Below, piece after piece: positions 12,271 through 27,170 of a stretch of DNA of 64,000 bases; positions within the stretch are counted from its first letter, which is position 1, and each line of letters starts with the position of its first letter. The translations under genes were made by a program, and so were the position numbers. The DNA is from Octopus sinensis (lineage: Eukaryota). Location of the stretch: NCBI RefSeq assembly GCF_006345805.1, contig NC_043010.1, positions 23,188,001-23,252,000 of the forward strand, written 5' to 3'. Below the pieces are notes generated by a model that saw only the letters and a program-made list of their open reading frames with translations, did not search any database and had not been told where the DNA came from.

Positions 12271-13701
12271 AGGAAGCAACAGAAAGTAACAACCACACTC
12301 TTACCCGCGCGTAGAGCGGGTCACCTTCAGCTAGTATATATATATATATAAACAGGAAAGAAAATAGTTTTTAGTGTTCAAACTCATTTCCTAATTATGG
12401 CGTCGTTTAAACGATATCATAAACACAGAAAAATGAAATTTTTCTACACGACTCATAAATATAACACCAGAGGCATAACGAAATCAATGGCAGGGCCAAA
12501 AATCGAACAGGACCAGTATGTAAGTCAGCAGTTGAAACAGAATCAATGCACTTGATAACGAGACAAAAGTCGGGTCCTTGTGCCCTTTGCAAAGTTACAT
12601 GTCGATATGCAAAAACGGCAATATTTTCTTTCCCCACGATAACATCTCGTGGAATCAACGATTATTTTGGAGAATTACTAAGGTATGAATAGCAAATTAA
12701 AGATACAGGATTTATGTTAAAACTTTTTTTGGATAAAGTAATCTAATTAAGCTACTGGGCTCATACCTCGAAAATAGATTTTGTGTTGTCTCTATATTAT
12801 ATATTTTAATTTGACTTTGGTTTTAATTTTAGTTGTAATTTTATTCATGTTAGGTTTTATATGAATAGCTTTTTATCTCCGGATTTAAAATACTCAGAAC
12901 GCTCTGAATAACACATTCAAATTTTTTACCAATGACGGTCTCATCACCCGGGGGCCTAACCACCATCACTGGGGGTCTAAACACAACAACTAAAATATTA
13001 CGCAATTTAGGGCAACCTAAATATGATTAAAAAACAATTTCCTGCTATTCCCCCAAATACTCTAATGAAATACTATGACATTTGTGAAATGTAAGAAATG
13101 TACAATCGGTGGCCAAATTGCTAAGAAGTTCATTTTGTTGTCACGAGGTCCTGGATTCGATCAGAGTGCGTTGTTTCAGGCAAATGTGGTTTTCTGTATC
13201 GTGGAGTTGCCCCCGTACCTTGTGAGTTAACTTGAAGCACAGAAGCTTCATAGTAATCTGATGAACGTATTTTACCTGTAACTCAAAAGTTTCGGCTTTC
13301 TCACACACTGTGTGCCACGCTATTTTTTCCGGGTTTCACGTTAAGGATACACGTGACTGTGGAGTGCTCAACCACATTAGGAGCGAGCATAGTTGTATGG
13401 TAAGAGGTTTGCGTCCCAGTTACCTTGTTCCGAGTTCAGTCCCTCTGCCTGAAGTCTTCGATCAATGTCTTCAAGTATAGCCCCGGGTGACCAGCATTTG
13501 CGTGTGGTTCCGATTAGCAAAAACTGAAAGAAGCTCATCGTGTGTCTATGTTCGAGTGTGTGTGTGTTTGTGTACACGTGTGTGTGTGTGTGTGTGTGCG
13601 TTTGTGTTCATGTGTGTGTGTCTATGCACCAGCATGGCCGCAGTCAAATGACTGAAACAAGTAAAAGAATAAAAGATTAAAAGAATATATTTATATATTT
13701 A

Positions 13702-13735
<34 letters not shown>

Positions 13736-13753
13736 ATACATACATACATATAC

Positions 13754-13785
<32 letters not shown>

Positions 13786-13806
13786 GTATGGTATGTATAT
13801 ATATGT

Positions 13807-13891
<85 letters not shown>

Positions 13892-14417
13892 GCATATATA
13901 TATATATTACACATACACAGACACACATATACACGTACGCACATATATCTTTGTGGTAGATTAACTTTTAATTTCAAAGCTCTGTCAAGGATCAGACCAC
14001 AGGTAAAGTTATAAAAAACCCTACGGCTGGTCATCAGGTCGTTAATGCCAGATCTCATACATCATATCAGATATATGGGACATGAAAGAGTAGCAGTGGG
14101 AGGTAGGATTAGATATACGCGGCACACCTGCATCACATTAAATAATATTCTGAATGGGGTGCAGAGGCGGAAGTGGTAATGAGAATCTATAAAACTCTGA
14201 TTGTGGTAATAAAAGGGAACGAAGGCTGGGGGTGTTGGGGTGTTGTGGTGGATAAAAGTGAGGCTGTAAACAGCAGGAAACAAGTGTAGAGAGACATACA
14301 TAAATACAAAGAAATATACATACATACGTAAGTATGTATGTATGTATGTATATCAATATATATATACATATATAATATATACATATATGTATATATATAT
14401 ATATATACATATATTAT

Positions 14418-14449
<32 letters not shown>

Positions 14450-14516
14450 CATATACATACATATATATATGGACATGAGAGCCGACCATATTAATAAACT
14501 ATATATATAAACGTGC

Positions 14517-16381
<1,865 letters not shown>

Positions 16382-16486
16382 TATAATATAATAATATATT
16401 TATACTATAAAATTGGATTTAATCCTAAATCTATTTTTCCTGTAAGTTTGATTTATTCCCTATTATTATTATTATTATTATAATAT

Positions 16487-16573
<87 letters not shown>

Positions 16574-17070
16574 ATATATATATCTATAATATATATATAT
16601 ATATATATTATTCACGCATATGTATATAGGTAGATAGACACTTCTAATTACACATATATTGATAAGCTCACATACAGACTAACAATAGAATTCCCTTATT
16701 GCTATCCTAGTGTTTGTAAACTGTCGTTCTAAGGTGGAAAAATATCGCCCCTCCCGCCTCCACCTCCGCTGCCGGATAATAATTTGCCTGCATCTCTTTA
16801 TTTATGAGAAGACAAGAAACAAAAAAGAGTTTGCATTGATATAATTTTGCTTTGTAAACCAAGTTGCTGGACAACTATAGAATACTAGAATCCATCTATA
16901 TTTTTAAAACGAAGTTATTTGCCGACTCCTTAGCAATTCTTATAGGGCGCTGGATGCACCGATGTGTATGGAGCTCTGGCCTCAGCACATAATGAAATAT
17001 ATTCATTTAAACAACACTTGACCAGCTTATAGCATTAAGTAAAATATATAAGACTATCGCATTGATTCGG

Positions 17071-17150
17071 TGACATCTTGATCTAATGACGTCATCATCC
17101 AGTGACGTCCTGATACAATGACGTCATGATCCAATGACGTCATGATCCAA
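17071..17150 (+). repeat. 16-bp tandem repeat x5 (TGACGTCATGATCCAA) carrying CRE palindromes
   Basis: TGACGTCA at 17087, 17119 and 17135; TGACGTCC at 17103; TGACATCT at 17071; exact 16-bp spacing. Confidence 0.88.
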
Positions 17151-17354
17151 TCGCATTCACAGGCCAATGTACTCTGATACATGTCTAGGAGAATATCCTA
17201 AAGAGTTTATTTCCTGCAGTGAACGTACTTTCCACCACTGTACGTACTCGAACATACTTAATATGACTTTACACGAATATATATTATAATACGCTGTTTC
17301 ATGCAACTCTCATACATACATACATACATACATACATACATACATACATACATA

Positions 17355-17740
17355 CAGAAAAATCTGCAGTTACTCTATCCAGATTACAAGTTCAGGTTTA
17401 TTCCTGTAATTATTGGAGCACTGGGATATGTAACACACTGCCTACATACCAATCTTAAGAAATTAAGCTTAAAAAAGAAAGCTGATTCAAGCCATCACTG
17501 GAACTGTAAAAGGCTACAATTTTCCAGAAGTTTATCATTTAAGTATATATGAGCATGTCTAGATATGCAACTATATGCATGTGAATACATGCATAAAGCA
17601 AAACATACAAATCAGACATTCAAACAAAAATAGCCTGTTGTTGACGTTGAAATTCCAATGAAGGAGCCTTGGATCTAGGTTAGAAACTGGTTCTTACTGT
17701 ATGGGCAAGAAATCTTGAAATAAAACTGATTGCCATACAT
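17355..17740 (+). mobile_element. 3' end of an RLE-type (R4/NeSL-like) LINE inserted in (CATA)n
   Basis: Translates [35 protein letters not shown]; the IPVIIGALG motif is typical of RLE LINE C-termini; starts directly after (CATA)n and ends in catacatacagac. Confidence 0.75.
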
Positions 17741-17861
17741 ACAGACAGACATACATTCATACATATGTGTGTGTGGGAAGGTGTAATTAAAATTTATAGC
17801 GTGTAAATATTTACCCCAATATTTCAATTTTTTAATTTTTTATTATTACTGTTTTTTTAGA

Positions 17862-18092
17862 GTGGTGAGCTGGCAGAAACGGTAGCACGCCGGGCGAGAT
17901 GCTTATCGGTATTTCGTCTACCGTTACGTTCCGCGTTCAAATTCCGTCGTCGTCGAGTTTGTCTTTCACCATTTCGGGGTCGATAAATAAGTACCAGTTA
18001 TGCGCTGGGGTCGATGTAATTGATTTAATCCCTTTGTCTGCTCTTGTTTGTTCCCTCTATGTTTAGCCCCCTGTGGGCAATAAAGAAATAAG
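17862..18092 (+). mobile_element. tRNA-derived SINE (family B here)
   Basis: gtggtgagctggcagaaacggtagcacgccgggcg...gttcaaattcc...ggggtcgataaataagtaccagtt...caataaagaaataag; related copies at 39370-39878, 41630-41770, 54010-54237 and 62240-62442. Confidence 0.78.
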
Positions 18093-18659
18093 TATGTCAA
18101 TTTTTAATGTTATTTTTCTAAGCTTGATCGACTTCGAGAATACGTTCACTCAAAGTTTCTAGATTCTTACGAAGTAAAGAATACATGTGTACGAGTGTGT
18201 GTGTGTGTGTGTGTGTGTGTTGTAATAATAATAATAATCCATGGTTGGAATTTATAAATATTTTAATGCATCGCCACGCGCGTTTCCATAAATCACATGT
18301 TTCTTATGATCATAGTCCCTACTCCTGGGGTGATTACAGTGTAGTCCGTAGTATCCGTGGACATTGGGTAGATAATGTTTATGCATTCATTTCTTCGGAC
18401 GAAATAACATTGATGAATGTTTAACTGAGTGTTGTTTACTAATTTTGACTCATGTTGAGGTATGTGATCATTTCTCTGTATATTTGGTGGGAAGGAGTGG
18501 AAGGTGATGGAAAGAAAAGAAGGAATGGTAGTTATAAGGAGGTGGAGGTGTGTGGAACTGCCTCCTCAGACATATTCTTGTCTCTCATCCAATAGAAAAA
18601 AACATTACCAGCAACTAAAAATGATCAAGGCGTCATGAGAACTTCTATATCTTTTACCT

Positions 18660-19265
18660 TGACAATATTGGTGATCTTGGCTGCTCAGCTCATCAAGTGT
18701 GTCATGGCGCAAGTCTTACGTAACATCTCTTTGGACTTCTGCAGCCAAAGTCCGTCTGATTCTTAGTGCTAAGAAGATCAAATACATAAACATCAATGAA
18801 GATGAAAGCCAATTGCAAATTTACTCCATCGACGGCACACAACTCAATATAGCCAGTAAGTCCATGTATGTTGGGTCTAATGTTGCTGACAGCGCGTGAG
18901 ATTTTCTGACTAGTTTTGAGTCATTTTAACAAGCTTCAAAACATCTGACATCTAGTATTTCGAAATCTGAACCAAGATATCCCTGGAGATCATTCTTCCT
19001 TTTGGTGTACGAAACCTGGACAATGAATGAGGCGCTTGGAGATTGCCTCGATGGGATATACACACGACTTTTCATAAAGGCTTAAAATATCACATGGCGC
19101 GACAGTAAACCAAAGATAACGTTTATACTGACTCCATTCATCTGTATTGTTCGAGCTCAACGTATGAAATGCTTTGCTAGCTGCAGGTATCGTGATAAAT
19201 AACTGACTATACGGACCATATGGGATGTTATAGTTCGAGGATTTGTACAACATATAAGACGACTT
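18660..19265 (+). mobile_element. Degenerate RTE-clade LINE reverse-transcriptase C-terminal fragment
   Basis: SAAKVRLILSAKKIKYININ...SIDGTQLN...MYVGSNVADS, then disrupted L..V.ETWTM..ALGDCLDGIYTRL-like segment; multiple stops and frameshifts. Confidence 0.55.
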
Positions 19266-19349
19266 GAGCAACTCAACTACATTTTATTATTAGCAAAGAT
19301 AGACGACACAAAATTAAGGACCAACCACAGAGAATGGGGGTGGAAGTTG

Positions 19350-21101
19350 CAAAAAATGACCAAGAACTCAAGGGCTTACTAGCGATTGTCAAACAATTCA
19401 GTGAAGACATCAGAATGCAATTTGGCCTCGATAAATGTGCAAAAGCTACCTTTATCAAAGGGAAACTGACAGAAACATCTAATGTTAACCTTCACCAGCA
19501 GAATGTCATAAAAGAATTAGACCCAGCGGAGAGCTACAAGTACCTAGGGGTAATTGAAGGGGACGGAATTAGGCATTCAGAGGTGAAGGAAAGGATCAGG
19601 AGAGAATGCTATCGAAGAGTGAGAGCAATACTCAAGACAGAGCTGAATGCAAGAAACAGGATCGAAGCGATCAATGCATTAGCCGTACCAGTCGTGACTT
19701 ACAGTTTCAATATCGTTAACTGGTCAATTACTGAAATATGTCAGCTCGACAGGAAAATACGTAAACTGTTGACAATGCATAGAATGCACCACCCTAAGGC
19801 AGATACAGAACGACTTTATCTGCCAAGAAAAGAGGGAGGCCGTGGTCTTTTACAACTGGCAATAACAATGAAGATTGCTACAATTGGCCTAGACACCTAC
19901 CCGAAAAACTCTGAGTACTGGATGTTAAAACTTGTCTCAAAACATGAAAACAAGAAAGCATCATACTCAGTAACAAAACAGGCAAAGGAATATCTAAGTG
20001 AATTCCGAATACAACAAATTTCGGAATTAGAGATAGACATACAAGAAACAAGCACAGAAAAAGTTAAGCGCATGAAAACCCTTGCTAAAACTGCGGTCTT
20101 AGATATTCTGAATGATAAATGGCAAGAAAAACCTCTCTATGGCAAATACCCAAAGAGAGCGAATAATGCAGATATTGACTAAGCCCTGACACATCAATGA
20201 CTTATGGCCACTGGCTTAAAATCTGAAACAGAAGGGTTTATCATAGCAGCTCAAGATCAATGCCTACCAACAAGAAACTACCAGGCCAACATATTAAAGA
20301 ACGGCAGAACCCCAACATGTCGTGTATGTCAACAACAAAATGAAACCATTGATCATGTTGTCTCCAAATGCAGTCTTCTAGCGCCTACAGAGTATCTCAA
20401 CAGGCATGATAGAGCTGCACAATATATTCAATGGGTAATTTGCAAAAACCTGGATTTGCCCCATGAAAAAAACTGATGGGAACACAATCCACCTCCAGTG
20501 CTTGAAAATGAGCACATCTCACTCCTCTGGAACTTCACCATTCAAACTGACAGAAAGATAGATGCAAATAGGCCAGACATCATATTGAAAGACTTCAGAC
20601 AAAGAACATGCCTCCTCATTGATATGACTGTCCCAATCGATATAAACGTATCTGTCAAGACCTACCAAAAACTGAGCAAATATAAAGATCTTAAAATAGA
20701 AATCAGCAAAATGTGGAACCTGAAGACTAAAACAATACCTGTTGTCATAGGTGCCCTGGGAATGATAGCGAAAGGGGCTGATTGCTACCTAACTCAGATA
20801 CCAGGAAACCCCGAAATGGCAGAAATTCAAAAGATAGTGCTCATGGGAACTGCTCATATCCTACGCAAAATACTCTCTATGTAACCTCAAGGTTTAAAAC
20901 AAACAATTTTTTTTAAAAATTTATTTAATAGACATTCACTAGTACAACACCAAAAAAAAACCCCAAATATATGGCACACTGGGCATAACAACAACGTGAA
21001 CTTCCAACCTGTTGTCTCTTGAGGTCTCTGGGTGAGACTTGGAACCAACTTGTACAAACATAAAGCAAAAGTCAAACATAGAACAATAAGAATAATAATA
21101 A
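19350..21101 (+). mobile_element. 5'-truncated Dong/R4-clade non-LTR retrotransposon (RT C-terminus, CCHC knuckle, restriction-like endonuclease)
   Basis: ORFs 19334-20182, 20204-20476 and 20498-20884 are in one frame separated by stops: FGLDKCAK, YKYLGV, HHPKADTERLYLPRKEGGRGL, CRVC...ETIDHVVSKC, RHD, NRPDIILKD...IDMTVP, KLSKYKDL; 3' UTR ends in (AAT)n. Confidence 0.9.
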
Positions 21102-21244
21102 TTTGAAGGAATATTATTCCTACTTACAGGGAAAAATTTAATTTAGAATACTAAATCAAATTTCAAAAAATATTATATATATATATTATATATATATATA
21201 GATATTATATATATATATATATAGATACTATATATAATTATATA

Positions 21245-21283
<39 letters not shown>

Positions 21284-21335
21284 AATAAATGAAGAATGGA
21301 GTTGAACGACGAATTAACAAAATTCCTTTATTTTA

Positions 21336-21416
21336 TTTCGACATATGTTTCGAAGGCTGCATATTCCTAATTTCGAAGGAATAAGGGGTGCATTATGCCG
21401 CCTTCTCATCAGGAAA
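21336..21416 (-). ncRNA. Minimal type I hammerhead ribozyme, inverted copy in the left palindrome arm
   Basis: Exact reverse complement of 21570-21650. Confidence 0.8.
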
Positions 21417-21569
21417 AGTAAGGAACTTATGTCAGCATCAAGATGCACAAAATAATCTTTTAGATGACTGCCGCACGGATCCCATAGCGATATTACCGCT
21501 ATTGGTTCCGTGCGGGCAGTCATCTAAAAGTTTTTTTGTGCATATTGATGCTGACATAAGTTCCTTACT

Positions 21570-21650
21570 TTTCCTGATGAGAAGGCGGCATAATGCACCC
21601 CTTATTCCTTCGAAATTAGGAATATGCAGCCTTCGAAACATATGTCGAAA
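21570..21650 (+). ncRNA. Minimal type I hammerhead ribozyme (CUGAUGA core, palindromic CAUAUG stem III, GUC site)
   Basis: tttc CTGATGA gaaggc-[ggcataatgcaccccttattccttcgaaattaggaatatgca]-gccttc GAAA catatg TC gaaa; predicted cleavage after C21646. Confidence 0.85.
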
Positions 21651-21853
21651 ATAAAATAAAGGAATTTTGTTAATTCGTCGTTCAACTCCATTCTTTCATT
21701 TATTTGTATTTAAAAAACACAGAAAGTTCCACGCGATAGCACGTGATCTCTACCCTAGGCATGTAGCTTCAACCGTGTTTTTCTGACGTGAATTTTCTAC
21801 CCAGGTATCGGTTAACCGAATTATCCATAATAAGATAATTCATTCAACTACTC

Positions 21854-21889
<36 letters not shown>

Positions 21890-22049
21890 TAGAAAAAAAA
21901 CCACCTTTTATCAATTCAAAATGAAAAATTAAATTACACCATCTAGAAAATTATATGTAATAGAAATATTAAATATAAGGTAAAAATAATATACCGATGA
22001 TTAAGTAATGTGCAAAATAATAAATAAAACGCAGAACAACAACAACAAC

Positions 22050-22098
<49 letters not shown>

Positions 22099-22249
22099 TA
22101 GTAATAATAATATTAATAATAATAACGGGAAACTCAGAGTAACAGATTTTGTTGAATTTTCTGCTGCTTTAAATAAAGCATATTACTCTACCACTTGTAT
22201 TTGAGTACTCTTTTTTCAACCTTGTTTCACATTTATGTGTTTACTCCGG

Positions 22250-22281
<32 letters not shown>

Positions 22282-22977
22282 TGAGGGGTTTAGTTCACTG
22301 GTGATCTAAACGAATAGAGTACTTGCTATAATTGGTCATCCATTAAGTTCTTCAAAGTTCACAGCTTAGGTTGGAGCTAAGGATCCGTAGCAGGCTTCCC
22401 TGTTGGCAGGTATATATTATATTAGAGATAAAAGATGTACAAGAGACAAGGCAGAACGAGTACCTCGAGTCATTTAGATTAATTTGATTCGGGTAAGGGG
22501 AATTCGAGGTCTTACAGTTGTTTCTTGTGATATCTTAAGGCTAACATGTCCATTCACTGGGCATTCTCCTCATCAGAGACAAGGTGAGTATGTATGAAAG
22601 TTCTATACAGGGAAATTCACAGTTTATAAGGAATAAAATTGAAGAATAAGGAGTAAAATTAGGAGAATACAGGCAGGAGAATAAAGTTCACAACATATCT
22701 TTTTCCAAAGGGTATGGAGGTTGGTCCGTACTTCGGTGAAGGTATAGGCCCTTAAGCATAATATATTATTCCCCTTCCCCTAATCAAATTATTCTAAATG
22801 ATCTGAAATATTTGTCCCGCCTTGGTTTTTGTTGTCCTTTCTCCTATAATACACACAAACATATTTGTATATTATATGTGTGTATGTGTATGTAGGTGTA
22901 TATATATGTATGTATGTATATGTATGTGCGTATGTACGTGCGTGCGTGTGCGCGTGTTTGTGTGTGTGTGTGTGTGA

Positions 22978-23395
22978 TTATTCAGTTTTATTTCATGATT
23001 ACTTGCCAAGAGTGAAAGAGCCGGTTTCTAACCGAGACCCAAAACACCATTGAAATTTCAGCATGAACAACAGGGTATTTTTGTATGTGTGTATGTATGT
23101 GCAGCTGTATGTATATAGTTGCATATCTAGACATGCTCATATAAATTTAAATGATATACTTCAGGAAAGTTTTACATATCTTTACAGTTCCAGTGATGGC
23201 TTGCATCTGTAGTCTTTGAATTAGCTTTCTCTTCTCTGGCTCTGAGAAGCCTAATTTTTTAAGACTAGTATGTAGGCAGGGTGTTACGTATCCCAGTACC
23301 CCAATAATTACAGGTATAAACCTGAACTTGTAATCTGGATAGAGTAACTGCAGATTTCTCAATAGTTCAGCATAGGTATTCTCTTTTTCACTGAT
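22978..23395 (-). mobile_element. 3' end of the (CATA)n-associated RLE LINE
   Basis: ORF 23147-23362 [66 protein letters not shown]; the 5' side abuts (TGTA)n. Confidence 0.75.
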
Positions 23396-23426
23396 GTATG
23401 TATGTATGTATGTATGTATATGTGCA

Positions 23427-23686
23427 GATTTGTATGCTTTGCTTTATATATGTATTCACATGCATATAGTTGCATATCTAGACATGCTCATATATACTTA
23501 AATGATAAACTTCTGGAAAATTGTAGACTTTTACAGTTCCAGTGATGGCTTGAATCAGCTTTCTTTTTTAAGCTTAATTTTTTAAGATTGGTATGTAGGC
23601 AGTGTGTTACATATCCCAGTGCTCCAATAATTACAGGAATAAACCTGAACTTGTAATCTGGGATAGAGTAAATGCAGATTTTTCTG
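23427..23686 (-). mobile_element. Internally deleted RLE LINE 3' fragment, inverted near-copy of 17355-17613
   Basis: Same 5' junction and same internal deletions as 17355-17613. Confidence 0.78.
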
Positions 23687-23717
<31 letters not shown>

Positions 23718-23817
23718 TGTATGTATGTATGTATGTATGCATGCATGTATGTTTGTATCTACGTACGTATGTATGTATGTATGTAGGGTGATAGCGACAG
23801 AAGATAGACAGATAGGC

Positions 23818-23896
<79 letters not shown>

Positions 23897-23956
23897 CAGA
23901 TACATCGATAGAAAGAGAGAGAGAGACAGATAGACAGACAGACAGATAGATAGACT

Positions 23957-24035
<79 letters not shown>

Positions 24036-24598
24036 TTGTATATCCATATAGAGAATACATAATTTCATGTGACACACAAACATGCACAGAAATAGATCTT
24101 ACATTCGTACGCATGTTGCTAAACGTGTGTTATCAAGTGTATGCTTGCACGTGATTATGTGTACATGTTAAATATGTATGTATCTTTACATACACCAAGC
24201 TGTGTTTGGACTCTGCGTGTATTATTATTATAGCAGGTGATACAGTGATATAGAAAGCGAAAGACAGAAGTAATAGAGGTGGTGGGGGATAGACGAGGTG
24301 TGAGAGATGTCTAGTGAGAGGAAGGGAGGAGAAAGAGAAGAAGGAGACGAAAGAGAGAGGGAGTGGGAGAAAGGGAAATACGTGTACGTAGTCTGTAGCT
24401 GTTATCTCGTAATATGCAATGGCGGAAATATTGTGAGATAGCTAAGAATAATTACATCGGATATTATTAATAGCTTAGATAAATGTTAAAATTTGAAAGA
24501 TCTATCTATGTCAAAAGTTGGGGAACTTATACATATGTATCTATGCGTACGTTTGTATATATATATAAATATAAATATATCTATATATGTTTTTATGC

Positions 24599-24668
<70 letters not shown>

Positions 24669-25030
24669 TATATATATATAGGTATAAATGTTTGTATGTA
24701 AGCGCGTTTTTAAAAGTCATGAATGCACATATTTATGTGTATGTGTGTGCAAATTCACAGACACACACACATATATATGCATAACAGATATATATATAAT
24801 TATATATGTATATATATGTGTGTGTGTGTGTATGTGTGTGAATTATGTATGTATATATATATATATATATATATATGAGTGTATATATATATATATATAT
24901 ATATACATATGAATGTATAATTGAATACACACAAATATATACATGATTCGATTCTGATGTATATGTGCATACAAATATACATACATGGATATATACATGT
25001 ACGTAGACACACAAAGGTGCCACACATATA

Positions 25031-25077
<47 letters not shown>

Positions 25078-25628
25078 GAAAAAGCAGATTACACGTTCTG
25101 GGAAGAAAGGTAGAAAGAGGAATGTTCAGAAACGATGGGAACAGAAAAGTCTTTGTACTTTACTTATATAGTTTCGCTTATTTTGATTGCATTTTAATCG
25201 GAAGAAATTTGTCAAGAGATGTCTGTTCACTCCATGTAATGGTAGCGCATTTCAAATTCCTTTTATCGAAAACGATGTCTTTTCTTAAACCTGTAGTTTA
25301 ATTTTGATCCCAGATGTTACATATCTGCTTTGTGTATACATATATAGGCACAAACGCAAACGCATGAAGTGATGCAATGAACAATGAAAAAAATTACAAC
25401 ACATGATTCACTAGGTATAGCAGTAGTGTATTAGCTAAACACTATAATGGAAAGAGAATGTACCTTAGTATTTGAGACTCTACGCTTTGATGGCAAGAAA
25501 GAGAAAAACATTCAGGATGCGAGCAACATAGGTGTGTATGTATGTATGTATGTATGTATGTATGTCTGTATGTATGTATGTATGTATGTATGTATGTATG
25601 TATGTATGTATCTATGTATCTATCTATG

Positions 25629-25706
<78 letters not shown>

Positions 25707-25932
25707 CCTACATGTGTGTGTGTAAATTTGACTGTGTATGTATACATACATATATCTTTTGCTCATTGTTATTATGCAACGAAACAGCTGTTGCACTCAA
25801 TTAAAGTATGAACTACATATGAAATTTATGTTTTTCTGCTTTTATGCCGACTCTTTACACACAAACATACGCGGCGTACACACACGCACACACACGCACA
25901 AACACAAATACATATGTATATATATATATATA

Positions 25933-26822
25933 TATATACGAAAGAAGGTTTGAAAATGCAATTTAAAAGATGTTTATTTACTTAACCGGTTTCACTCTTT
26001 GGAAAAAGATTGTCAAAAGTAACATAGAATATTATGAATTCAAAAAAGATTTTTACATAATTGCCACATTGAATATTATGAATTCAAAAAAGTTTTTTTA
26101 CATAATTGCCACATTACATGTGTGACAAACAGACGCCATCTGACCAGATACTACAGGCACACAGACACATCTATTCACACACACGCAGAGAGACACACAT
26201 ACTCACCTCATGATTACCCCAAAATCATTGATGCTTGAAGGAAAGCCATAAACAGAACAAAACGAGTACATTTTTCTCAATTCAACATTTCTGCTAAAAC
26301 GGACAGGTCAGTAAACAAACTCACCTTCAATTCATAGTATTCTGTACGGACCCTGAGATGTATAATATATTCATTTTAATTTTTTCTGCCAATTTTTCAA
26401 ATATTCTCACCATACTGTTGTACTTCCTTATGTCTTTAACATGTCCTTTTTACCAAAGACTGTATATATATATACATGTAATGTGACAATTTGCAACAAC
26501 CAATAATTAACGCAACCAAATTTCCAATAATATATTTGTTTTATTCTTTTCTGCACATTTTTCCAAATATTCTCATCACACTGTTGAACTTCTTTATGCC
26601 CTTAACATATCCCTGTTACCAAAGACTATATTTATACATGTAATGTGGCAATTATGTAACAAAACCTTTTTGAATTCATAATATTCAATGTGGCAATTAT
26701 GTAAAAAACTTTTTTGAATTCAAAATATTCTATGTTACTTTGACAATCTTTTTCCAAAGAGTGAAACCGGTTAAGTAATAAACATCTTTTAAATTGCATT
26801 TTCAAACCTTCTTTCGTATATA
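25933..26822. repeat. ~890-bp foldback element with ~185-bp inverted arms (25933-26121 / 26636-26822), each carrying an HHR-like motif
   Basis: atacgaaagaaggtttgaaaatgcaatttaaaagatg... vs ...catcttttaaattgcattttcaaaccttctttcgtat; internal ~110-bp direct repeat at ~26380 and ~26547. Confidence 0.9.
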
Positions 26823-27064
26823 ATTCCACTCGTGCGATACCCCACAACTCAACTTTGTTTTATATATGTATATATATACTAAGCAATAAGGGTTTAGCAA
26901 CGAGTTGCCTTACCACATACCGAATTTAGAAATAGCAGTCAAAGGGTTATAGCTATTTCTTCTACTAAAAAGGGAGATCTCAGTAAAAACAGCATTTGGA
27001 AGGCAGACACAAACAGGTAAGAGAGAATGAATTGACTGCAATCTATCATACATTTTTTTAGTTA

Positions 27065-27170
27065 TCCACGGACGTACGTTTCGAAATCAAGTTTTTAGGA
27101 AAGCATAAGAATTAATATTAAATATTAAATAATTCTATCTTACCGAAACTTCTTTTCTCTTCAGCGTAGA
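27065..27170 (-). ncRNA. Type I hammerhead ribozyme with long stem II (CUGAAGA core, palindromic CGUACG stem III, GUC site)
   Basis: Minus strand: tctacg CTGAAGA gaaa-ag-aagttt...agaatta...taattct...aaactt-ga-tttc GAAA cgtacg TC cgtgga; 6-bp stem I. Confidence 0.8.

Larger units (their letters stand above)
21280..21708. repeat. ~430-bp near-perfect palindrome (two ~205-bp arms, ~7-nt loop at 21490-21496)
   Basis: tacaaataaatgaagaatggagttgaacgacg... pairs with ...cgtcgttcaactccattctttcatttatttgta with only a few mismatches. Confidence 0.95.

Noticed and set aside
13965-14050. CUGAUGA on the minus strand with a distant GAAA
   Set aside because: No consistent stems II and III.
17650-17700. Possible HHR in the 3' UTR of the RLE LINE (ccaatga ... 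GAAA ctgg UU)
   Set aside because: The core does not match CUGANGA here or in the copy near 23010-23060.
19334-20884. Host protein-coding gene
   Set aside because: The motifs are those of a Dong/R4 retrotransposon, with in-frame stops and a 5' truncation.
22509-22580. HHR-like motif on the minus strand (gtct CUGAUGA ... GAAA caactg UA agac)
   Set aside because: Core and stem I are present but stem II does not close (GG opposite AA); counted only as a relic, not a functional ribozyme.
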